Positions 24,316 to 38,445 of a DNA stretch of 64,000 bases are shown piece by piece. The notes under the pieces are model-generated. The model did not search any database and had not been told where the DNA came from. It was given only the letters and a program-made list of their open reading frames with translations. Positions within the stretch are counted from its first letter, which is position 1. Every line of letters begins with the position of its first letter. The position numbers and the translations under genes are program-made. The DNA is from Mobula hypostoma (Eukaryota): assembly GCF_963921235.1 (NCBI RefSeq), contig NC_086108.1:39248001-39312000 (forward strand). The letters run 5' to 3'.

Positions 24316-27300
24316 GATGCGACAAAGAATCATACATAGAGTTACACTAATATTTGGCATACAACAATGCAAAGCTGCTTTACAGACTTTTTTCAGATTT
24401 TTCAGTCAACAGTAAGCTACCAGTTCACTCTGTTAATAAACGTGTAGTCCTATGGGAACCTTATTCATAGTGCTATTCAAGAAGTACTGCACCATAAGCA
24501 GGTCTCCTACTTCAATGAGTCACATGGTGGAGGGGAATTGGTACAAGACAGAAAATGCATAAATCAAGTCTTTGCCTTACTCAGCTGTCAAAAACTTAAG
24601 AATTCTGAATATCTCCATCTTTTAAAATTATTACCAAATAGATGAGATCTAAAATTTAACCTAGTTCAACAAAAATTGTATAAAATAATTAAATACATTT
24701 GGATCAAACAAGAACTAATGTTGCAACAAATGTGGTTCTTCAGACATTAAGAACTTTTTTCAGACTACCAAAAATAGCACAAGAACTACCAAGAATTCAA
24801 TGTTGTGCTCCCCCATAAAACATATTATGGTTCTATTTCACAGTGAGATGCAGAAATACAAACCCAGTACAGTTAGTTTTCATCAGAGTCTTTTACTTGT
24901 TTATTCCAACTACATGAGCATCATTACAGAACCATATTGTGACACAACTCCAAGCAAGTCTAATTTGAAGGAAATTGTACAAGTATAATGCCTGTGTATA
25001 ATTCAACCAGCCTCAAGTGAGATCAAAGGTGTCTCACTGCAGATCACCGATAGTGAGGACTATAAACAAAATAGGGAATTCATTTTCTAAGTTCGGGTCT
25101 GCACAGGCAAAATCTGCATTACCAACATGATACAAAAAGAAAAATAAGTTTTACTATTTACTGCAAGATGAATTAAACAAATTGGGCATGTTCTGAATGT
25201 ACCTTGAATCTGCATGCACTGAATATCTCATAAATTTTCATGCTTCAATTCATTTAGGAGACAAAAAGCTCCATGTTAGTGTGTTGAACAGTCAAAGTCA
25301 GTGTATGCTAAACCAAAAGATATTTTCAGTTTCAGAGGCAACAAATTTTGCAAGTCACTCTGTTGTCCTGACTGATAAACACTTTTGCTATGACCTTTAC
25401 CCAATTATTTACCACTCAGCCTATTGCAAAGCAATGATAGATTACAACAATTTGATTTATTACATGTTCCAAAGGGCATCCATTTACTGGTTTCAAAAGA
25501 GCTGGGGCCCCTTACTTTATTGTTCAATTCAAAGCAAATGCTTCTTCAAATCTTGAAGAGTTGGGATATAGTGTATTCCACTGTGATTGATTACTTCCGA
25601 TCACTGGAGATAGGCACAAGTTTAAGATAATCAGAAACAGAACTTCAAGTGAAGAGAGGGAGCTGGGGGTGGGTTGTTGGAATCTATGCAGAATAATAAA
25701 ATGTGGCCTTGGCCTCAAATCATGGTTGAAACGGGCCACGAACAAACATTGAAAATGAAGAGTAGCGGGATTATATTGGTTGAATTGTACACAAAATGAG
25801 AGAAACATCTAGGACAAATGAAGTCACAAATACCTTATCCTCAAAGTCAAATAACTGGGGATATTTTTCACAACCTTGCTCATAGAGGTGCCTTACCAAC
25901 CATATGGCAACCAGGAATAGAGACCTTGTGTCTGATATCAAGAAAATAATTGTAATAATCTGCCACAATCTGCAATCATTGCTAGTCAGGAAAATTAGTC
26001 ATTAAAATTATCCAAATTATCTATTCTACCCTTTGTTTTAGAGTTCTGCCAATCATATTTGGCTCCCAGAGAAATTGGCTACAAGATGGACTAAAAAGAG
26101 GCACTTTCATAGCTGATTTTTCACTTCCAAGATGATAATTTTGGACTAAGACATATTTTTCAAAAGCTGCCACAATGAAGAAAACTATAAATCAGAACAC
26201 AATACATTTCAAGGCTATGCTATAAAGCAAATGTATTCATTAGATTTCTAAAATATAAAGCCAAGTATAAAACAAAGATTAAACCAGGACATGTTTTTTC
26301 ATCAATATGGCTGTCAACTTGCAAGATATCAGGATCTGAATGCAGAAAGTTAGAGATGAGTAGTATTCCCTCATCAATCATCAACATATATAGGGTCAGA
26401 TTAATTTAGACACTTGCTGGTTAACTAACAAAACTCACACTAACCATTTTAAGTGTATTGGGCTCTGGACTTCTGCACACATGCTGTCATCCTTGGAAAT
26501 CAACGGCCTTCTGATTGAATTGGAAGGCTACATTTATCAAATTACCTCACAGGCCTGAGCTTGATAAGTTTCATGATTATTATCCTGGCCAAATGATTAA
26601 AAATTACTGGGTTTTGATTAGGAGGTAAAGCGGATGCTGTTAGTTTTGCAGAAGTTCATATTTTCTAAAATAGTGATGAATATGTTACATATGTTATAAT
26701 ATCTTTGAACGCAAGAAGCACTTAAAAAGCAGTTAAATGGTGCCAAAACAATGTTTCTGGTGGCAAGTCTTAGTCAACTGTCAAAGCTTTCACTGCAGTT
26801 TTGAGAACAGAGTCTCCTCAGGGAACTGCCAGAGCTCCAGTGCTATTGTAGTCCTGAATGTTTTGAACTAGGAATATTGGCCCTGTGCATCATGACCAGG
26901 TAAAGGCAAGTGATGAGAGATGTGGTGTAACAATTCTGGACTGGGAGGACAGGAGAAACAACATCTGGCTCTATAATTTGTATAGGGAACCGGAAATTAA
27001 GATTGGAAGTGCCTGTGCCCCTACTAATGGCATTTTATCAAATAATTAGGCAAATATTATTACATAATCTTTCAAATTGATTTCTTAAGGGATTACAGAA
27101 TCGGTTTTGGAGGCAAAAGCAACACATGCATTTTAAAATTATTTTGCTTAAGTTTTGTTTAGATGCTTCTGGATCTCTAATTAATTATGCAAAAACAATT
27201 ATTTAAATAATTAATGTTACTTTTAATTGTTTTCGCTATTCCTGAATGTCAAAGAAAACACTTAAATGCAGTGAAATAATGTGCATTTTTTTTCCAGTTT

Positions 27301-27699
27301 TTAGTTTAGCAAGTTGCCCCAAAAGATTTTACAGAAAAAAAACAATGCTTGGTTAAGGGTATGAATTTTAAGGAAGGTCAAGATCAAGAGTGGGAGGGGG
27401 AGGTTCTGGCTAAACTTGACTGCTGAAGATACAGGCAGTGGTAGTGTTGAAAAGGATAGCAATAATCCCTTCAAACCTTCATTCAACTAAACTTGGATGA
27501 ACAGGAACAAGGAGTTGAAACAATTGAGTTGGAGAAGGTTGCAGCTGTTGCAAGAAATGAGTCATTACCGTTGATAATCTTGAAAACTTTATCCATGGGA
27601 GATCAATCGCAGTCAACAAAGAGAAGGTGGCACTCTGATGACTATACTTCAATAGGAGTTTGAGGAGATGTTGTATGTCACCACAGGTTGTAGCAAATT

Positions 27700-28172
27700 A
27701 CTCCCAGTGTACCGTGAGCAGCATTCTCACTGATTGCATCACCACTTGATATTGAGGCTCTAATGTACAGGATCGAAAGAGGTCGCAAAGGGTTGTAGAC
27801 ACAGCCATGTCCATCACTGGCTCAATCCTCACCACCATTAGGACATCTTCAAAAGGAGGTGCCTCAAGAAGGCGATATCAATCATTTCAATCATTAAGGA
27901 CCCTCATCAGTGAGAACATACCCCTCTTCCTGTTACTACCATCGGGGAAAAGGTACAGGAGCCTGAAGACCCAAAATCAACAACTTAGAAATACCTTCTT
28001 CCCCTTCAGCACTAGATATCAGAATGGTCCACAAACACTATTATTCATCATTATTTATCTTGCTCTATTTATTTATTTTTGTAACTTATAGCAATTTTTA
28101 AGTCTTGCGTTGAATGGTTGCCACAAAACAACAGATTTCTTGACATATGTCAGTGACAATAAACCTGATTCT
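27700..28172 (+). mobile_element. Rex1/Babar LINE 3' fragment
   Basis: LFLLLPSGKRYRSLKT..LRNTFFP; tail aataaacctgattctg. Confidence 0.8.
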
Positions 28173-28544
28173 GGAACAACTAGGAGAATATGTAGTACAT
28201 ATTTCCTTCATACTCTGATAGAGATGCAAATGGAAAATCTCCAATGAGGAACTGCAAGAAAGGTGGGCATGGATTTGTCACATCCTTGAGGACACAGGAA
28301 ATGGGAAGGTGGTTGGAAAAGGGCCGATATTAAGAAAAAATTAAGGAATTGAGGGTGGTTGCCTTTTACTTTCAAAGAGGTTGAGAATTGAAAGTGGAGG
28401 CAAGGGGGAGAGTTTACAGAGGTTTTCCTCACTGGAGAAGAGATGAAGAGTAGTCAAGATTCAAGTTTTCATATTGTGAAAAATGTGGATGATAGCACAG
28501 TGAAGATACTTCAGAGTGGAATTTAAGAGTGTGAAATGTTTTGA

Positions 28545-29290
28545 TTATTTATTTGGTTTTTCATGAAGTGGATATGACTGGTCTATCCAGCATCCATTGT
28601 TCATTCCCAATGGTCCTGGAGTTGGTGATGGTGAACACCTGAACCGCTGTAGTCCTTTCAGTGAAGGCACTTCCACAATGCTTTTGGGACGAGAGCTGCA
28701 GTGTTCAGACCCACCATCAAAGAAGGACCAATGATATATTTCCAAGCCAGCATGGTATGTGTCGTGGAAATGGTGTGTTTCCATACACCTGCTGATTCTG
28801 AACTCTAGGTGATTGACGCTACATGCTTGGAGATGCTATCAGAGTTTCCAGGTAACAGCAATACAGTTTGTCAATGGTACTGGATATACGACAGCCACTG
28901 TGCACTACATGTGAGGAAATTAATGTTTAAGGTGGAAGGTCGGGTATCAGTGAAGCTTGCTCAGTGTTGAAGCTGCACTCATTTAGTGAAGAATGTTCCA
29001 TCATGCTCCTAACTTAAGCCTCACAGACAGCAGAAAGGTGCTGGGAAGTAGGGAGGCCAGTAAGCTGATGCAGGATACCAGTCTGATTTTGTATCTACAG
29101 TTTTTATTTGGCAGGTCTGGTTGACTTTCTGAACAATGGTGACGCCCAGAATGTGGAAGATTTGGTGAAAGTGGTGCCATTGAAAACAAGGTGCTACTAG
29201 TTAAAGTATTATCTGGAACTTGTAAAGCGCAACTTTTACTTGGTATTAATCAGCCCAAATGCAGAAACAAGTTTAAAATAACCAGTCCTT
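28545..29290 (-). mobile_element. Old CR1/L2-group LINE 3' region (Deu-SINE partner-like tail)
   Basis: Resembles the tail ..ggtgagctgccttcttgaaccgctgcagtcc..gaaggaacggcgatatatttccaag; heavily decayed. Confidence 0.5.
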
Positions 29291-29517
29291 GAGCAATATC
29301 AGATTAGGACCATACTAGAGAATTGTGGATATGTGGAATAATATTTTGCGTTAATTTGAAGATTTGTTTGAGATGGTTGGTAAAGAAAATTGCTAAGCTT
29401 ATCTTTATCTTATCTTCGCAAACAACAGGAATTCTGCAGATGCTGGAAATTCAAGCAACATACATCAAAGTTGCTGGTGAACGCAGCAGGCCAGGCAGCA
29501 TCTCTAGGAAGAGGTAC

Positions 29518-29553
29518 AGTCGACGTTTCAGGCCGAGACCCTTCGTCAGGACT
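29518..29553 (-). ncRNA. Minimal hammerhead ribozyme motif
   Basis: Reverse complement is identical to 16328-16363. Confidence 0.85.
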
Positions 29554-30513
29554 AACTGAAGGAAGAGTGAGTAAGGGATTTGAAAGTGGGAGGGGGAGGG
29601 GGAGATTCAAAATGATAGGACAGGAGGGGGAGGGATGGAGCCAAGAGCTGGACAGGTGATAGGCAAAAGGGATACGAGAGGATCATGGGACAGGAGGTCC
29701 GGGAAGAAAGACAAAGGGGGGGGGACCCAGAGGATGGGCAAGGGGTATATTCAGAGGGACAGAGGGAGAAAAAGGAGAGTGAGAGAAAGAATGTGTGTAT
29801 AAAAATAAGTAACAGATGGGGTACGAGGGGGAGGTGGGGCATTAGCGGAAGTTAGAGAAGTCGATGTTCATGCCATCAGGTTGGAGGCTACCCAGACGGA
29901 ATATAAGGTGTTGTTCCTCCAACCTGAGTGTGGCTTCATCTTTACAGTAGAGGAGGCCGTGGATAGACATGTCAGAATGCGAATGGGATGTGGAATTAAA
30001 ATGTGTGGCAACTGGGAGATCCTGCTTTCTCTGGCGGACAGAGCATAGGTGTTCAGCAAAGCAGTTTGCGGTCTCCCATTCCCATTCTGATATGTGTATC
30101 CATGGCCTCCTCTACTGTAAAGATGAAGCCACACTCAGGTTGGAGGAACAACACCTTATATTCCGTCTGGGTAGCCTCCAACCTGATGGCATGAACATCG
30201 ACTTCTCTAACTTCTGCTAATGCCCCACCTCCCCCTCGTACCCCATCTGTTATTTATTTTTATACACACATTCTTTCTCTCACTCTCCTTTTTCTCCCTC
30301 TGTCCCTCTGACTATACCCCTTGCCCATCCTCTGGGTTCCCCACCCCCTTGTCTTTCTCCCTGGGCCTCCTGTCCCATGATCCTCTCATATCCCCTTTGC
30401 CAATCACCTGTCCAGCTCTTGGCTCCATCCCTCCCCCTCCTGTCTTCTCCTATCATTTTGGATCTCCCCTCCCCCTCCCACTTTCACATCTCTTACTAAC
30501 TCTTCCTTCAGTT

Positions 30514-30549
30514 AGTCCTGACGAAGGGTCTCGGCCTGAAACGTCGACT
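30514..30549 (+). ncRNA. Minimal hammerhead ribozyme motif
   Basis: agtcctgacgaagggtctcggcctgaaacgtcgact, identical to 16328-16363. Confidence 0.85.
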
Positions 30550-30707
30550 GTACCTCTTCCTAGAGATGCTGCCTGGCTTGCTGCGTTCACCAGCAACTTT
30601 GATGTGTGTTGCTTTATCTTATCTTATCAGCTTGGAAGACTGAACCGAGGAGGGTGAGAATCCAAATATTTGAAATAGCAATGGCAGCTTTGATGATGGC
30701 TAGCATA

Positions 30708-32752
30708 GATAAGACCATAAAATATAGAAGCAAAATTAGACTATTCAGCTAATCGAGTCAGCTCCACCATTCCATCACGGCTGATTTATTACACCTCTCA
30801 ACCCATTCTCCTGCCTTCTTCCCATAACCTTTTAAATATACCCAATGACTTGGCCTCCACAGCTATCTATAGCAATGAATTCCAAAGATTCACTGCCCTC
30901 TGGCTAAAGAAATTCCTCCTCATCTCAATTCTAAATGGACGTCCCTCTATTCTAAGGCTAGGTCCTCTGGTCCAAGACTCTCCCACGAGAGGAAATATCC
31001 TTTCCACATCCACTCCATCTAGGCCTTTCAATTTTTGATAGGTTTCAATGAGATCCCTCCTTACTCTTCTTAAATTCAGCAAGCGCATGTGCAGAGGCAT
31101 CAAACCGATATGTTAACCCTTTCAGCTCAGAATCATTCTCGTGAACCTCCTCTGGACCCTCTCCAACGCCAATACATCATTTCTTAGATAAGGGGCCCAA
31201 AACTGCTTACAATACTCCAAGTGTGGTCTGACCATTGTCTTATAAACCCTCAGCCGTACATCCTTGTTTTTCTATTCTAGTCCTATTAAAAAGCTAACAT
31301 TGCATTTGCCTTCCTTACCTGCAAGTGAACCTTCCGGGAACCCTTTGCGCCTCTTGATTTTTGAAATTTCTCTGTTTAGAAAATAGTCTATGCTGGTACT
31401 CCAGCTGCAGTGCTGTCGACAAAAAAGCCTTGCAGAGGGTGGTTAGGGGAGCAGAGAAGGTTATTGGGGTCTCCCTACCTTCTGTCCAAGACCTCTTTCA
31501 GAGTCGATGCCTCCAGAAGACACAGTGCATCATTAAAGACCCCTCACACCCTCTCCATGAACTGTTTGTTCTTCTGCCATCAGGCAAACGTTACAGGAGC
31601 ATTAAAACTAAAACCACAAGGCTACTAAACAGCTTCCTCCCACAGGCAGTCAGACTGCTAAATAGCTGCTCTACCTGACTCTGCTTTGGACACTTTTAAC
31701 TCGCACTGGACACTTATAATTTGATTTTAACTGACATGTGGCTGTTGTGTTTTACTATTTATTGTTATGTTTATTATTTAGTGTTGCGTTTGTTATGTTA
31801 TGATTGCACCGCTCCCGGGAAACGCTGTCTCATTCTGCCCTGCAGAGCTGATGTACGGTTAGAATGACAATAAAGTTTTTTGAATCTTCGATCTTTGAAT
31901 CTTTATTCCTTCTACCAAGGTGCATGACCATACACTTCCCTACACTATATTTCATCTACCACTTCTTTGCCCATTCTCCCAGGTCCTTCTGCAGACTCCA
32001 TGCTTCTTCAGCACTAAATGCCTCTCCACCTATCTTCGTAACTTGGCCTCAAAGCCATCAATTCCTTCATTCAAATCATTGAAATATAACATGAAAAGAA
32101 GCAATCCCAACACCAACCCCTGCGGAATACAACTCATCACTGGCGGTCAACTAGAATATGCTCCCTTTATTCCCACTCTGTGTCTCCTGCCAGTTAACCA
32201 ATCTTCTATCCATGCTAGTATCTTTCCTGTAATACCATGGGCTCTTATCTTGTTAAGCAGCCTGATATGCGGCACCTTGTCAAAGACATTCTGAAAATCC
32301 AAGTACACAACATCAACTGATTCTCCTTTGTCTATCCTGCCTGTTATTTCCTCTAAGAATTCCACTTATTTGTCAAGCAAGATTTCCCCTTTAGGAAGCT
32401 ATGGCCTATGACTCTGGCCTATTTTATCATGTTCCTCCAAGCACCCCAAAAACTCATCCTTAATGAAGGACTCCAACATCTTCCCAACCACTGAAGTCAA
32501 GCTAACTGGCCTATAATTTCCTTTCTTGTGCCTCCCTCCCTATTTGAAATCTAGAGTGACATTTGCTAGTTTCCAGTCCTCCGGAAGCATTCCAGAATCT
32601 AATAATCTTGAAAGATCATTGCTAATGTCCACACAATCTCTTCAGCTACCTCTTTCAGAACCCTGAGTGTAGTCCATCCGGTTCAGCAACCAGACTTTTC
32701 AGCTTTCCAAACACCTTCTCCTTAGTAATGGCAACTACACTCACTTTTGCCC
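30708..32752 (-). mobile_element. CR1 LINE (RT region to 3' end), interrupted by a Rex1-like element
   Basis: VDVVYLDFQNVFDKVPH..WIEDWLTGRRHRV and RRNFFSQRAVNLWNSL motifs; taagaccataa tail. Confidence 0.9.
31391..31903 (+). mobile_element. Rex1/Babar LINE 3' end inserted in CR1
   Basis: KALQRVVRGAEKVIG..DPSHPLHELFVLLPSGKRYRSIKTKTTRLLNSFLPQAVRLLN and (tgaatctt)-type tail; CR1 resumes on both sides. Confidence 0.85.
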
Positions 32753-32766
32753 CAAATGACCCCCAA

Positions 32767-33133
32767 GACCACGGACCATGGTTTTTAGGCTTCTACGGTA
32801 CACCGACTGGCAGGCTATCCTGGAGGATGCGAGGAAAGCCAAAGCCAAACTCTCCCTGATGGCACCCAGCTGCAATTCTTCGCCGACTACAGCCCCGGCA
32901 CGATGCAGGAACAGCAGGGATACAAAGAGATCCATGCTAAGCTTCGACAGAAGGGGATCGACTTGTTCCTCATATACCCAGCAATTTTGAGAGTGAATAT
33001 CAAGGGCATGAAGATGTCGTTTAACTTGGCAGAGGAAACGATAGAAGCTCTGAAATCATCGGTGCTGGGAGGTATGGAAGAAGACCCTGGGCAAAGTCCA
33101 CATGCCCCTCGGGAGGAGATGGAACTACATTAA
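32767..33133 (+). pseudogene. L1 ORF1p C-terminal part (Transposase_22-like), frameshifted
   Basis: PRTMVFRLLRYTDWQAIL / LQFFADYSPGT..LRQKGIDLFLIYPAILRV. Confidence 0.8.
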
Positions 33134-33887
33134 TAACTTGGACCAGCCTGTATGCGCAATCTAACAGGCACGGGCAAGTTAACGTCTTAGGTGTGAGGTT
33201 TTCTGGTTATTCTTTTATTGGAAAGTCATTCGTTGCACTTTTGTATTTAGTTAATTAAGGGGCCAATTTGTTTCTGAGTATTGCAGGTCAGAGTTTTAAG
33301 GTAATGGCTCAGTTAACTTGTTAGTACAAGGATAACATGGTAAGGTGATATCAGTCCACCTAGATTTATACTTTTTATCTTTTACTTTCTAAGGTGATAT
33401 TCAATATACCCAAATGTCATACTTCATCAAGAATGAAGCTGAAAAACAGCAACTTGTTCTGAATAACTTTAGTTGTAATGTTCATTTTGGGTTTTGACTC
33501 CAGTAGACTTGTTTACGTTCCTGGACGTGAGATAAGACGCCACTGGTGCCATCGCTAAGCGATGGTCTATTAAAGCAACAGTTTCTCTCAAGAGAGCTGT
33601 TGGGGTCTTGATTATGTGTTATATATTTGAGACGGGAATGGTTTTAATTATATAAGTTAACGGGTTTGTCCAGGTTTTTTTTTCTTGCCTCTTTGTTATG
33701 ATTGTCTATGAGAACTGCTTTGCCTTTCTAATTTGTTGGTGCTAGAGGGGCTCGGTTAATGTTCAGCGTTTGACATTGCTGAGTGACACTCACAGATGTT
33801 ACAAAGTAAAGGGTTGAATGCGAGGGCGGGTGGGAAGGGGGTAACTCAGGGCTCCACCACCAACTTACAACAACAGATCCGGGGAAG

Positions 33888-36800
33888 ATGAGCAACACAG
33901 GTAAATTAGAAAATCTTACTATTGTATCATTTAATGTTAGAGTTTTAAACTCTCCCTACAAGCGTTCAAAGGTTTTAGATTTCTTACGCAGAAAGAAAAT
34001 AGATATCGCACTGTTACAGGAAACACATCTTAAACCTAATGACATTCCCAGGGTTCAAAACCGCTTTTATAAACCCGTTGTGGCATCAGCTGATGGTACT
34101 CGTACGAAAGGCGTGATGATATTAATGAGACATAGTATTAATGTATCAATTGAAAGGACTGGCGCCGACAATAAAGAACGTCTAGCTTTTTGCTGCACAG
34201 CCATTCAGGGTAAAAAAAGTTGCATTCATTAGCCGATATGCCCCAACTATATCCAAGGTTGAATTTTTTCCCTCAATAACCTCACAATTACTGAAGTTAA
34301 GTGACTACCAACTATATGCTGGTTCAAACATGAATGCTTTGGTAAACATTAACCTCGATAAATCTTTCTCAACTATATCAAGCTCTCAAGAATCTGCTTC
34401 CAAAGCACTTAACCTTTTTCTAACGGATTTAGATTTAACTGATGTGTGGAGGGTGCATAATCCATCTGCTAAAGACTATACCTTCTTCTCCACAAGACAT
34501 AAAACTTTCTCTCGGATAGATTACATTCTTATATCCTCCGGTCTGCTGCCTTTGGTACACTCAATAGAATTTTTGCCCAGACATCTGTCTGATCACAACC
34601 CAGTCATATCTACTTTTAATTATGGCAAAATTAAAAATAAGGCTACTAGGTGGAGGTTTAACACCACCCTTCTAAAAAACAACAAATTTCTATCACAACG
34701 GAGAATAAAACTGATGGAATTTAAATAAAAATAGTGTCTCAGATGTGACAGTGATTTGGGCCTCCATCAAGGGTTTCTTACGAAATAATGCCATATGGTT
34801 CAGTTCCCATCTACATAAAAGCCGGCTTCAGAAGATTTCCACCCTAGGGGAAGAATGTAAGGTTTTGGAGAATGATCTCAAAAGGAGATACACCATAAAA
34901 AAAGAAAACGAGCTCAAAACAAAACAAGCAGAATTAATTGATTTATTAAGATGCAGGGCAGAATATATGATCCATATAACCAAACATAAGTATTACGCAG
35001 AAGGCAGCAGACCGAGCCATCTTTTAGCACTAACGCTCAAACAACAGGAAGCTAAAAGGTCTATACTGGCGATTAGATGTGCTAAACATGGAGTAGTATC
35101 TCCAACAGAGGAAATAAATGAGACATTCAAGAATTACTGTAAAGAACCGTATACAAGTGGCTCAGTTCCTTCTCAGAATGACTTCGCAGATTTTTTTAGT
35201 GGATTAGACCTCCCTACGTTGTCATTAGAGGATACCAAAGCTCTAGACTCTCCTATTAACTGGATGAGCTACTTAAAGCAGTCAAAGCTACAAATAAGGG
35301 CTGTATGCCAGGTATAGATGGCATACCTGTGGGACTATACCTAGCACTTTGGGATATTCTTGGACCAGTCTGGTTAGAAACAGTAAATTATGCTTTTGGA
35401 AATGGCGCTTTCCATAGAGATCTAAACACAGCCCTGATCACAGTTATACCCAAGCCCGGTAAGGACCCCTTGGAGTGTGCCAATTACCGTCCAATCTCCT
35501 TGATAAATGCCGAGCTCAATATATTTTCTAAAGTCTTAGCCAGTGGACTTGAGACAGTAGTTGGGAAAATAATTAGCCCAGAACAAACGGGCTTTATCAG
35601 GGGACGCCTCGCATCTGATAACATTCGCCGGCTCTTACACATACTGAGTAAAATCCTGCATGCCTGTGGCCTACTATTTCTAGATGCTGAAAAAGCATTC
35701 AATCGTCTTGAATGGCCATATCTTTGGAGAGTTCTAAAAGAATTTGAGTTTGGCGATAAATTTATCAACATGATTCAAACACTGTATGCTAATCCTTCAG
35801 CCTGGGTATGTGTGGGAGGAGGTTTCTCAGAGTTATTTGACATAGGACAGGGCACACGACAAGGGGACCCTTTGTCTCATTTAATTCTTACTATATCTAT
35901 TGAACCACTTGCACATTTAATTAGAAACTCTCCTCGGATCTCCCCTATTACAATAGGTACAACATCTCATTCAATATCACTTTACGCAGATGACACACTA
36001 GTTTATATGGCAAATGTTCAACAAACTCTCCCCTATGTTTTAAAAACACTGGAGCAATTTGGATTTCGTTCAGGATACAAAGTTAATTTGTCAAAATCAG
36101 CGCTGATGCTGATTAATACAGATAAAATAAGGTGTCTCTCCCTCTCCAGATTAAGGTTACAAATAAGGTCCTCTGCTTGGGTATTAAAGTTAATACTTCC
36201 CTATCATCTGTGGCTAAAGCAAATTACACTTAAATTCTGGAAAAAATAGAATAAGATATTAATAGATGGAGACACCTGCCAGCATCAGTCCCGGCCCATA
36301 TATCGGTCATTAAAATGAACATCTTATCCTGCATTAATTTTATCAGCTCAATGATCCCACTTGCACCTCCAGCAGGATATTGGCAAAAACTGGACTCCTT
36401 ACTAAGATGCTATGTTTGGAATGGTAAACGACCCAATATAAAACGGTCAGCTCTACAATTCCACAAGTCGGATGGGGGATTGGCATGTCCAAATTTTAAA
36501 TTGTATCACTGGGCATTTATATTAAAAAGTCTTAGCTATTGGATGGAGGAGGATAAAGTTTCATCATGGAAAAATATAGAACAAGAGCTAATAGCACCAA
36601 TAAGGTTGAAGGACTTTCTCCTTATAGGTATGTCTACCGAAAAATGTGATTTGTATTACGGTCCAATTTTAACCCATATGCTACAAGTGTTTAGAGCAGC
36701 AGAAAAATTCCTAAAATTTAAAAGCGTATGGTGTAAATCATCTCCATTATGGAACAATAATCATCTTCTATATGGGGGGAAACCATTCACTAACAGAACT

Positions 36801-37660
36801 TGGGAGGATAAAGGTATTACTACTCTTCAAGATATTAATGGGGCAAGTACTATCCTTAGCTTTCAAGAACTGGTATCTCGATATAATATTGATAAGCACT
36901 CTCTTTTCTTCTACTTTATAGTAAGATCAGCGTGTAAAGCCTATGGGGTTACCTGGGGGTCAGATTTAAAGGACCAAACCATTTTAAGTTGGATACAGAG
37001 TGCTCCAGGACAGATAGTGTCATATATCTATGATAAATTAAACTCCCAGAAACATATGCCCACATCAGGAATGAAAGCCTGGGATAGGGACATATCTGAA
37101 TTGGGACAAGACTTAGACTGGGATGCGATTTGGGATAATGCTGCCGGTGCTTCGAAAAACCCAAATCATTGGTATATACAGTTGACAGTTTGTCATAGAG
37201 CATATTTAACACTGAGAATTAGACATCAAATGGGACTGGTTCCTGACCCTTATTGCTCATTTTGCTCCCATGGAACCGTTGGCTCTTTTATACATGTTGT
37301 ATGGGAATGTCCAGGGGTTTTTGATTTGTGGGAGAAGGTTATCAGTACTCTTACAGAACTAACGGGGGTACAATTACCAATGGACCCTGCTGTACATCTT
37401 CTAAATGATGACTCCCACCTTTCCCTTACCGAAAAAAAACACAGAAAGTCTGGCTGGCAGGCCTGACCGCAGCTAAGAAGATTGTAGTCCAGCGTTGGAA
37501 ACCTCCCCATGATATTTCAAGTACTCACTGGCTTCGGAGCTTTTCGGACATTTCTTACCTGGAGCTTTCATCAGCAAGAGTAAATGATGCACGACCAAAC
37601 ACAATCTTAATGTGGACCAATTTGATATCTACCTTAAAAGATCTTTTGTTAAAATAGGAA
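33888..37660 (+). pseudogene. L1 ORF2p (APE endonuclease, RT, CCHC), several frameshifts/stops
   Basis: SFNV..LQETHL, SRIDY..SDH (EN); PGIDG, NYRPISLIN, LDAEKAF, QGDPLS, YADD (RT); CSFC..HVVWEC (zinc knuckle). Split over ORFs starting 33888, 34330, 34745, 35305 and 36315. Confidence 0.93.
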
Positions 37661-37699
37661 TGTTTTTCTGTGTATGCACTACTATTCAGTTGGTTGGTG

Positions 37700-38370
37700 G
37701 AGGGCAGAGGGATGGGGGGGAGAGAGGGATGAAGGGGCGAGAGGGGGAAGGGGAGGGGAGAGGGGGGAAGGGGAAGGGAGAGGGGGGGAAGGGGGGGAGA
37801 GGGGGAGAGGGGAGAGGGGAGAGGGGGGAGAGGGAAGAGGGGAGAGGGGAGAGGGGAGAGGGAGAGGGGGAGGAAGGGAGAGGGGGAGGAAGGGAGAGGG
37901 GGAGGAAGGGAGAGGGGGGAGAGGAGGGAGAGGGGGGAGAGGAGGGAGGGGGGAGAGGGGGAGAGGGGGAGGGGGAGAGGGGGAGGGGGGGAGGGGGGGG
38001 GGGGGAGAGGGGGAGGGGGAGGGGGGAGAGGGGGAGAGGGGGAGAGGGGGAGAGGGGGAGAGGGGGAGGGGGGAGAAGGGGGAGAAGGGGGAGGGGGGAG
38101 AGGGGGTGAGAGGGGGAGGGGGAGAGGGGGGAGAGGGGGGAGAGGGGGGAGGGGAGGGGGGAGGGGGGAGAGGGGAGAGGGAGGAGAGAGGGAGAAGGGG
38201 AGGAGAGAGGGAGAGAGGGAGGAGAGAGGGAGAGAGGGAGGAGAGAGGGGGAGAGAGGGAGAAGGGGAGAGAGGGAGAAGGGGAGAGAGGGGGAGGGAAT
38301 GAGGAAGAGATGGAGGGGTGGGGATGAGGAAGAGATGGAGGGGAGATGGTGATGAAGGTTGGGGGGTGGC
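37700..38370 (+). repeat. Polypurine (G/A) low-complexity tract in the L1 3' UTR
   Basis: 37739-38299 contains only G and A except one T at 38107; many G runs of 3 or more. Confidence 0.95.
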
Positions 38371-38445
38371 TGGGTTAAACAGTCAAAATGTAATTGGTAA
38401 CTGGTTGTACTGAATGTAATTTGTTGGCATTGCAGTAAAAAAAAA

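Larger units (their letters stand above)
29417..30611 (-). mobile_element. Neptune-type PLE fold-back insertion, 14-bp TSD
   Basis: TSD ctttatcttatctt at 29403-29416 and 30612-30625. Tailed arm on the left (minus), tail-less inverted arm on the right; GIY-YIG C-terminal pieces in both arms; junction near 30062-30077. Confidence 0.95.
32755..38445 (+). mobile_element. L1-clade LINE (fish-type), 5'-truncated within ORF1
   Basis: ORF1 C-terminus, about 750-bp inter-ORF spacer, full-length but broken ORF2, G-rich 3' UTR, then agtaaa and an A-run at 38434-38445. Confidence 0.9.
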
